Source: Macrostomum lignano (lineage: Eukaryota). From it: 64,000 nt of DNA. The DNA is taken from the NCBI GenBank assembly GCA_002269645.1, contig NIVC01002653.1, positions 62,001 to 126,000 on the forward strand, given 5' to 3'. Every line of letters begins with the position of its first letter. Position 1 is the stretch's first letter. A program made the translations under genes and the position numbers. This document shows, one piece after another, positions 58,201 to 64,000 of this stretch. The notes below the pieces were generated by a model. That model searched no databases. It had not been told where the DNA came from and saw nothing but the letters and a program-made list of their open reading frames with translations.

Positions 58201-61200
58201 TGCGCATTTTCACAAATATAGTCAGAGATTTTCCAGCTCACAAGAGCCAGCTCATCCGAGCTGCAGCAGCTCGACTTGGCTTCCTTTGCTGCCACCTCAT
58301 CGACAGTCTGCGGCCGGATCGCCGCACAGCTTCGATGCGACCGCCGGCTGCCGGGCTGCGACCGGTTGCTGCTGAAGCTGCCGGCTGCCGTCGGCGGACC
58401 GGCTGGCCCGGTCGGGTTTGGCGGCGTCGGCGCGCGGAAGATCCGGCCGTTGATGTTCCTGGCGCTGTGGTGGGCCGCCCCCGCCGCCGCCGCTATGGCG
58501 GATCCGTTGCAGATGGCGCTGTTTGGGAATGCGCAATGTCCAGCATCCGCAATGCCTGTCTGAGCTCTCTGATTGGCTCGCGTAGACTGCAGGCTGGACC
58601 TTTCATTCTGGGAGAGTGTTGGAGTTTGCAGATACGATTACTGACAGATGTGTTGTTTGGATTCTTATTTGAAGTTATTTCAGAGAACACCGCCTGCGGC
58701 TTACAGTCAGCGATCTGTCGATTGTCTCGATGCTGGATGAGCTGCACTGGAACGGTCTCGGATCGCACAGAGGCTGCTGCGGCTGCGGTTGCATTGGCAG
58801 CTCGTTGGCTGCCGGGCTGCCTTGCGGCGTCGTCTGAGGAGTCGCCGCCGTGTGCGTGATGATCGGCGGCACCAGGCCTCTCGCGCAATCCAGGTAGAGA
58901 CAGTGCTGCTGCTGCTGCTGCTGCTGCAGGTGGGGACTCGGTTGAAGATGCAGACTGCGAGGTGCTCCGACTGGCGACTTCCCACCTGGGAAATTGATCA
59001 CGGATTGCGGAGTAAGTTCTGGCATTTTTCTTTCGATTTGCGAATTAATTTAACATTTTCCTTTTTAATGGCTTATTGAATTAAGGAAAAGAAATCCAAA
59101 TTCGCTTTTAAAGCTTTTCTCTAAACTCAATAAAAGCTGCTCAAAGTGGTGATTTTTCCTAGTTACTACGTCGTAATCATAATACGATAATACTAATATT
59201 TGAATACACCTGCCGTAATGGCCAGGTGTGCAACCGACAGCTCAGCCGCAGCTATTGCGCGGCGCATCTGAAGGCTGCTTACGGCTGTTCAGTCTAAGGA
59301 CTGGGGGTCGCCATGCACACCCTCAATTACCCCAGCTAATGCTGGCACCCATTTTACAGCTGGGTGGACTGAAGCAATTCAGAGTTAAGTGTCTTGCTCA
59401 AGGACACAAATTGTTCCAGTGGGATCGGGAATCGAACCCCCGACCTTCACAGTTAGGAATAAGGTATAATAGAAGAAAGTTATGAAAGGTCGAGATCACC
59501 TTTCCCAGGTGGATTATTCCCGCTCGCCTTCGGATCCGTCGCTCGTCGCGTTCCAAAGCCAGGGATTTTTCCCAGCGCCGACGTCGATATGGACGCCAGG
59601 CCGGCGCCGCTGTCATTCGAAGTCTTGCAGCTGTCGTCGGTGTCGAACTCCGTGGACTCTTTCTGAGATCCCTTGATTGAGCCGCCCTTCTGGAAGTGAG
59701 GCGCGCTTTCTATGCTGAATTGCCCACTGCTGCTTACGCACTCAGACAGTATATCAAAGCTAAATTGAGATGACCCAGTCAATTTCCGGTGAACTCAGGA
59801 AAATTTTCCTTTCCAGATAAAACTGTGCAGAATGGATGATTTTGGAATCTACCGTAGTAAAACTGGATTGGTGCAGCGAGAGTGCGCTGGACTAAGTTCT
59901 CTACAATGGTAATGAATGTCTGACTTTTCTAAACAGTTGCTTGCATTGTTAATTTTTATTGCGCGTGTTATGCTCAAATAAAACTCAAATGATCACTCCA
60001 GGTTAAACTAAAAGTAAGGGAATGCAGACAATAGGAATATAGACAAGGACGAGGTCGCAACTACAGTCTATAACGTGCTTCAGTGAGGCATTAGAATACT
60101 CTTTTGTCCAAAGCATTGGTTGATTGACAGCTCGGGACTTGACTCAGAAACGCTGCTACAAGTGTCAATGCGCGACTTAATAAGTCTGCATTTTACGCCT
60201 GCAAAATTGTCAACAAAAACCAAAACAGCAGCTACAACAAGGCAAAATTTAAGCGGCAGAACTAACGAAATCTACGATCAGGGATCTACAGACTGAAGCC
60301 AAAAATATGATCGTTTTACCTGGCGAAGCCGGTATTTTTCCATAATATAGTACTTTCTCTGCGCAAAGTCACGTTTCGAATTTTGGGTGGAATTATTTAT
60401 TTAAAATATTTTCTTGACAAACTATTTTTCTTTAGGTACTGGAAGAATTTCAAAGCAATGAGCTAAACACTGAATCTGCCTCCTATCAAAAGCAATAACA
60501 ATTTTTGTGCTGAAAAATTTAAAACCTCCTATCTCTGCAGTGTATTTTTCGGCGAAAATTGCCTTCAAAACATTTACCATAGATTTCGAGTGTTGCGTCC
60601 TACATATATGTTACTTGAGCAGTCCTTGTTTTCACTCTAGAGTGCTCTTGCAAAAAAAGACAAAATCTACCAGACAGTAGATCAAACAAAGGAAACGACG
60701 ATTCCCCGGATTGAATTGAAATAAAAATAATAGCGACTTTCTCCGCTAGCAACAGACGAGTTTTGTTAAAAATGCAACAAAAGGCAAACGATATCAACAG
60801 AGGCTAACTATAAATAATTCTACTAGAGAGTAGCTCAGAGTAGCACGCCATTGCAGTCTGCCTAGTGGATGCACTCAAATCCTGCAGAAATTCTCCTGGA
60901 CTCACCTCGCTAGAAAATCCCTCCACAAGGATGGCAACCAGCAGATTAAACAGCACGTAGTTTCCGAACGTCATGAGGGCGATGAAGTACAAAGCTGCCC
61001 AAGACGAAGTTCTGGCCATGCCGTTGTAGAGCACAATGTTCCAGTCCTCCTGGGTCAGAACCTGCATTTGTTAAGGTTTCAATAAATCTTTCAATGAAGG
61101 ATCAGATTGGAGGAACCCCTTACTAATAGTAGCTAAGCTAGGAGGTTGCAATGCTTTGCAATAAAGTCGGGTACGCGAAATTTTGGTCTCAAGGCACTGG

Positions 61201-62971
61201 TTTTGATAGCGAACTGAATATGTACTAAATCCAGTGTGTTCTCTATGCTCTAGTAACGTTCTCTACTTAAAGAACGTCTTTTAGTTTGATCGCGTTAAAT
61301 GAAAAGCCGTCGTTGCTCACCTGAAACACGGTGACCAGAGACCACATGATGGTGTCAAAGTTGGCCCGGTCGCAGGTGCAGTCGCTGTTGGGATCGGCTC
61401 GCTCGCTGCAGCTGCAGGTGCTGCCGTCTGGGTGCCAGCAGAATTTGCCGCCGAAAAGAGTCATGCCCAGCACGCTGCGGGTCGGGCACGTTTTTCAAGG
61501 AGGGTTTAGAGTCATTGGAGACAGTTGTTTGGACCATACATGCGAGTTTGAACTTTTGGAATCACCCGACCGACCGTTCCTGCATGTACTGGCAACGCAC
61601 ACACTTGTACATCGCTATCGGATTAGAGCTACTGGATTGGATGCGACCATTGGTGTGAGTCGTCAAAAGCTTAGCGTGGATCTTTGATAACTTAATGAGT
61701 CATCGATAGACTACATGCAGTGTACTTCAGTAACTCATCGACGGTTTAATTTGGAATAAAGACAGCTTTGCTTTTTGGGTCGTAAATTGATTAATTTGAT
61801 TGAAGTTTGAATCCTATACAGTTTGAAGTTTAATATACTCGATTCCTGACGACTAATCATGAGAAACTGTTCAGTTAAGTCTACAGGAAGTTTTGAGTCG
61901 TATAGTTTTTCGCCGTTGTTGTTAATGAGCAGCCTGGACCAGTGACTTTTTAGGTCAAGGACCATTCGATCAGCTTCCCTGACCGTAAAGAAAGCCTACC
62001 TAAAAATGAAGATGAAGAGCACCAACAGAGCGAAGAATGTGGCCACGTTGTCCATGGTCTTGATCATGACGAACAGCTGCTGGCGGAGCGCTGGCAGGAA
62101 CCTGACTAGTTTGAGTATGCGGAGCAGGCGGAATGTGCGCAGTACAGATAATCCGCTGTTGCCGTCTTGGATGAGCTCGAAAATGCTGCAATGATGAGGG
62201 ACTTTCAGATTGAGTAATCGCTCAGTTTTAATGTGAATCAGTCTGGTCACACTCGAAAACAAGCCAGGGTGCCAGTATCTGCCCCTGACTTTTGCATCGT
62301 CGGGCTAACCAAAATCTCGAAGTCTCTTACCAAATTTCACAGCACCCAATTTGGAATGACATTTTTAGGTTGCGAAATGAGAGGGAAACGCCAAGCATAA
62401 GCACATATACTATACGTCGTTACCTTAGAATGACGATGCTGGCATCGAAAACGTTGAAGCCGCTGCTGATGTAATTGAAGAATCCTTCACCAACCAGCTT
62501 AAGCAGCATTTCAAGCGCGAACACAACGCAAAACACCAAATTGCTGTACTCAATGAACTCAGTCAGCTGCTTGGGCTGAAATAAATCCAGAATTTGAGGT
62601 TGTGTAACTTACGTTTTTTCCTCACGTAAATTTACTATTTAGGAAGGTTTATAGGTTCAACAATACCTGGTCGTGGTACTCGATGCCCATACTGAATGTA
62701 TTGATTAGAATGGCCAACAGGATGCCACGTTGGAAAAATCTGTGCTCAACAAGTCTCTGAATTGAGTCTCGGATTCGGTGGAAGACATCGGTCACAGCTG
62801 GTTGATTTTTTAGGGTTGGAAATGTGGATTATCAGAACAATATCCGCGATACAAGAACTGGGCGATCGGACTAACCTGAAACTGACCAGCAGGACCATCT
62901 CGTCGGAGCGGCCGGTTTGTTGGAGCCGGGCGTTCCCGACCTCAGCCAGTCGTCGTCAGCTTGCTGCTCTT
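40128..62971 (-). CDS. Cav3: voltage-gated T-type calcium channel alpha-1 subunit (Cav3; CACNA1G/H/I family), 5'-partial: end of I-II loop, domains II-IV, C-tail
   Basis: 19 GT-AG exons forming one continuous frame (3752 nt, about 1249 aa): 62876-62971, 62667-62797, 62424-62575, 62000-62185, 61321-61474, 60906-61061, 59500-59689, 58705-58985, 58242-58607, 58089-58162, 57460-57583, 55912-56421, 55087-55369, 54093-54244, 53205-53445, 52209-52358, 41331-41608, 40606-40725, 40128-40235. S4 motifs [40 protein letters not shown]; filter residues TQEDW (II), SKDGW (III), TGDNW (IV) fit the EEDD T-type signature; II-III loop [11 protein letters not shown]. Confidence 0.96.
40268..40572. repeat. 13/14-bp minisatellite (TAATAGTGTCGGA)
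   Basis: degenerate at left, regular at right. Confidence 0.75.
40606..40725 (-). CDS. Cav3: Cav3 exon, proximal C-tail
   Basis: [23 protein letters not shown]. Confidence 0.88.
40786..41302. repeat. 20-bp minisatellite (ACCCCACTCTACCCTAAAAC/..ACAAC)
   Basis: fills nearly the whole 605-bp intron. Confidence 0.92.
41331..41608 (-). CDS. Cav3: Cav3 exon, domain IV P-loop and S6
   Basis: [30 protein letters not shown]...[22 protein letters not shown]. Confidence 0.95.
41853..47749 (-). mobile_element. BEL/Pao LTR retrotransposon nested in the 3' LTR of the Gypsy element, integrase-deleted
   Basis: 305-bp LTRs 41853-42157 and 47445-47749, no differences seen; TSD ATGCA at 41848-41852 and 47750-47754; PBS TGGTAGCAGAGCGTGGTT (tRNA-iMet-like) 47425-47442; PPT AAGGTGGGGGGTA adjacent to 42157. 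Confidence 0.96.
42783..47380 (-). pseudogene. BEL/Pao gag-pol: gag with Cys-His boxes, protease, RT, RNase H, integrase core missing
   Basis: [27 protein letters not shown]; [10 protein letters not shown]; [24 protein letters not shown]; YMDD; [12 protein letters not shown]; [10 protein letters not shown]; frameshift about 44160; PIILPK joined directly to [10 protein letters not shown]. Confidence 0.92.
47899..51761 (-). pseudogene. Gypsy gag-pol with lesions
   Basis: [22 protein letters not shown]; [12 protein letters not shown]; RT YQDD; RNase [15 protein letters not shown]; integrase [18 protein letters not shown]; frameshift about 48776; apparent short in-frame deletion in RT about 50263 ([17 protein letters not shown]). 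Confidence 0.92.
52209..52358 (-). CDS. Cav3: Cav3 exon, IV S4-S5
   Basis: [50 protein letters not shown]. Confidence 0.95.
52448..52703 (-). mobile_element. SINE family A copy with about 80-bp internal deletion
   Basis: matches 28823-29173 except between CATGTACACT and TTAATGTGAC. Confidence 0.8.
52713..53118. repeat. 16-bp CpG-rich minisatellite (GGATGGCGCCGTTTTG)
   Basis: about 25 copies. Confidence 0.9.
53205..53445 (-). CDS. Cav3: Cav3 exon, IV S2-S4
   Basis: [42 protein letters not shown]. Confidence 0.95.
53512..53935. repeat. 16-bp AT-rich minisatellite (AAAGTACAAATGTAAT)
   Basis: regular core 53560-53720 with degenerate flanks. Confidence 0.8.
54093..54244 (-). CDS. Cav3: Cav3 exon, III-IV linker and IV S1
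   Basis: [32 protein letters not shown]. Confidence 0.95.
54322..54872. repeat. 44-bp minisatellite
   Basis: TTTGGGATTTGAATGCTGGGGCTTTGGGACCCTTAGGACTATGG, about 12 copies. Confidence 0.93.
55087..55369 (-). CDS. Cav3: Cav3 exon, III P-loop and S6
   Basis: [37 protein letters not shown]. Confidence 0.96.
55376..55760. repeat. 9-bp repeat (GAGTTGGTT)n
   Basis: about 42 copies abutting the acceptor. Confidence 0.92.
55912..56421 (-). CDS. Cav3: Cav3 exon, III S2-S5
   Basis: [55 protein letters not shown]. Confidence 0.97.
56462..57428. repeat. 22/23-bp minisatellite (CTCAATCTGAGAGATCCCCGACC)
   Basis: about 43 copies filling nearly the whole 1038-bp intron. Confidence 0.93.
57460..57583 (-). 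CDS. Cav3: Cav3 exon, III S1
   Basis: [27 protein letters not shown]. Confidence 0.93.
57706..58040. repeat. 29-bp minisatellite (TCATGAAACACCCACCTCACTCCAATCTC)
   Basis: about 11 copies. Confidence 0.9.
58089..58162 (-). CDS. Cav3: Cav3 exon, end of II-III loop
   Basis: [14 protein letters not shown]; donor CC|GTGAGT. Confidence 0.88.
58242..58607 (-). CDS. Cav3: Cav3 exon, II-III loop
   Basis: phase 0-0 open frame, [11 protein letters not shown]. Confidence 0.75.
58705..58985 (-). CDS. Cav3: Cav3 exon, II-III loop
   Basis: [19 protein letters not shown]; donor ACT|GTAAGC. Confidence 0.82.
59200..59460 (-). mobile_element. SINE family B (tRNA B box plus CORE-like domain and 3' stem-loop)
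   Basis: GGGGGTTCGATTCCCG then GTGTCCTTGAGCAAGACACTTAACTCT; matches 27112-27330; ends in ACACCTG..CAGGTGT inverted repeat and TAT-rich tail. Confidence 0.75.
59500..59689 (-). CDS. Cav3: Cav3 exon, II-III loop
   Basis: acceptor CCTCACTTCCAG gives the required phase 0; donor G|GTGATC. Confidence 0.7.
60906..61061 (-). CDS. Cav3: Cav3 exon, II P-loop and S6
   Basis: [34 protein letters not shown]. Confidence 0.96.
61321..61474 (-). CDS. Cav3: Cav3 domain II turret exon (exon 12b-type, five cysteines)
   Basis: [51 protein letters not shown]. Confidence 0.93.
62000..62185 (-). CDS. Cav3: Cav3 exon, II S4-S5
   Basis: [40 protein letters not shown]. Confidence 0.96.
   Translation of the reverse strand, partial: HFRAHPRRQQRIICTAHIPPAPHTQTSQVPASAPPAAVRHDQDHGQRGHILRSVGALHLHF
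62424..62575 (-). CDS. Cav3: Cav3 exon, II S2-S3
   Basis: [29 protein letters not shown]. Confidence 0.93.
62667..62797 (-). CDS. Cav3: Cav3 exon, II S1
   Basis: [29 protein letters not shown]. Confidence 0.93.
62876..62971 (-). CDS. Cav3: Cav3 exon, I-II loop
   Basis: phase 1-1 open frame; donor CAG|GTTAGT. Confidence 0.6.
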
Positions 62972-63183
62972 CTGCATGACAGCAAGTTCATCATCCAGAA
63001 ATGAGTAAAGTTATACAACGTCTTCTTTTCTCATGCGATAAACCAACATATAGCACGCTAGCAGCCCTTGAAACTTAGAAGTTGCTTTAGAAAGAAACGG
63101 GCATAATCCGATATGGAAAACGCTGTCCAATGGTCATCATCAATCTGTGTGCAGAGCTTATTTGTGCTTATTTTCAAAGAGCT

Positions 63184-63534
63184 TAGCCTAAGTGGTCCAG
63201 TGCGGTGCTCCGATGTTCCATCGTCCCAGGCTCGATTCCAAGTGCAGTCACATTAATTTGGGGCTGAATTGGAGTCTCGGCTTGGCTCTGCTCGTGCAAT
63301 TAACGGCCTTGAGGGCCAACCCCAAGGCACAGTGAAGTGTACATGCCTAACGATAAATAAAGTTTGGGCCGCTGTACACACCTGTGTGAGTGTGTGCCTG
63401 TGCGTATGACTGCGTACGTATCCGCGCGCTTGTGTGCCTGCTCAGGGGAGTCGGCGGAATGGGCAGTAATGCCTCTCACAGGTTGTGTGACAATGTCGCT
63501 TGAAGTGCGCCAGGGTGCACACAACCCCCCTGCC
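63184..63534 (+). mobile_element. SINE family A, near full-length copy
   Basis: collinear with the reverse complement of 28820-29165. Confidence 0.85.
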
Positions 63535-63604
63535 GACCCATCTAATGTTTTAGCATTGTACTAGCAATCTACGCCCCCCGTTGGGGGGCCAAAGAAATGC
63601 AATA

Positions 63605-64000
63605 CACGTTTTTTAATAAGCTACATGTAGCCTTGAAATCTTAAAAAATATCCTGTTAAACTTCTAACCCTAACCCTAACCCTCACCATAACCCTAAATT
63701 TAATATTTGTCTATTATTTTTTGCATGACGCTTTCATTATTTATTGCATGACGCTTCCATTATTTTTTGTATGACGCTTCCATTATTTTTTGCATGACGC
63801 TTCCATTATTTTTCACATGACGCTTCCATGATTTTTCATATGACGCTTCCATTATTTTTGCATGACGCTTCAATGATAAACATTTTTAATAAGCTACATG
63901 AGCTAAGTTATAAGCTACCCTAACCCTAGCACTAACCTGAATCTTAAAGATGTAACCATGAACCTAACCCTAAACCCAAACCCTAATACCAACCCTAACA
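63605..64000. repeat. composite repeat: duplicated TTTTAATAAGCTACATG, 23-bp minisatellite (TTCCATTATTTTTTGCATGACGC, 63714-63870) and degenerate (CCCTAA)n
   Basis: seen directly; runs off the window end. Confidence 0.6.

Noticed and set aside
59690-59782. Longer Cav3 exon starting at 59759
   Set aside because: That acceptor is phase 2 and does not fit the phase-0 donor at 60906; the acceptor at 59689 does.

Overview
Repeat-rich eukaryotic (metazoan) genomic DNA, not prokaryotic. The GT-AG introns, poly-Q exons, minisatellite density and transposon content resemble a free-living flatworm such as Macrostomum (inference only). Contents in order: (1) 2-4405, a degenerate Ty3/Gypsy (Mag-like) LTR retrotransposon with both LTRs, PBS and PPT; (2) 5038-5565(-), a small ankyrin-repeat ORF; (3) about 18.7-38.7 kb(+), a multi-exon gene for an AIP3/Bud6-domain adaptor of the SRCIN1(p140Cap)/KIAA1217 family; (4) 40128-62971(-), 19 splice-phase-consistent exons of a T-type Cav3 calcium channel (domains II-IV and C-terminus; domain I lies beyond the window end), convergent with gene 3; (5) inside one Cav3 intron, a very young Gypsy element (41631-52130, identical 369-bp LTRs, TSD ATTGG) whose 3' LTR is interrupted by a BEL/Pao element (41853-47749, identical 305-bp LTRs, TSD ATGCA) that has lost its integrase core; (6) two tRNA-derived SINE families, one with a clean 13-bp TSD and one with a CORE-like domain; (7) more than 30 different tandem repeats, many filling introns and starting 10-50 bp from exon edges. 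No CRISPR array, rRNA or intact tRNA gene was seen. All alignments and family assignments were made by eye or from recalled motifs; no database search was run.
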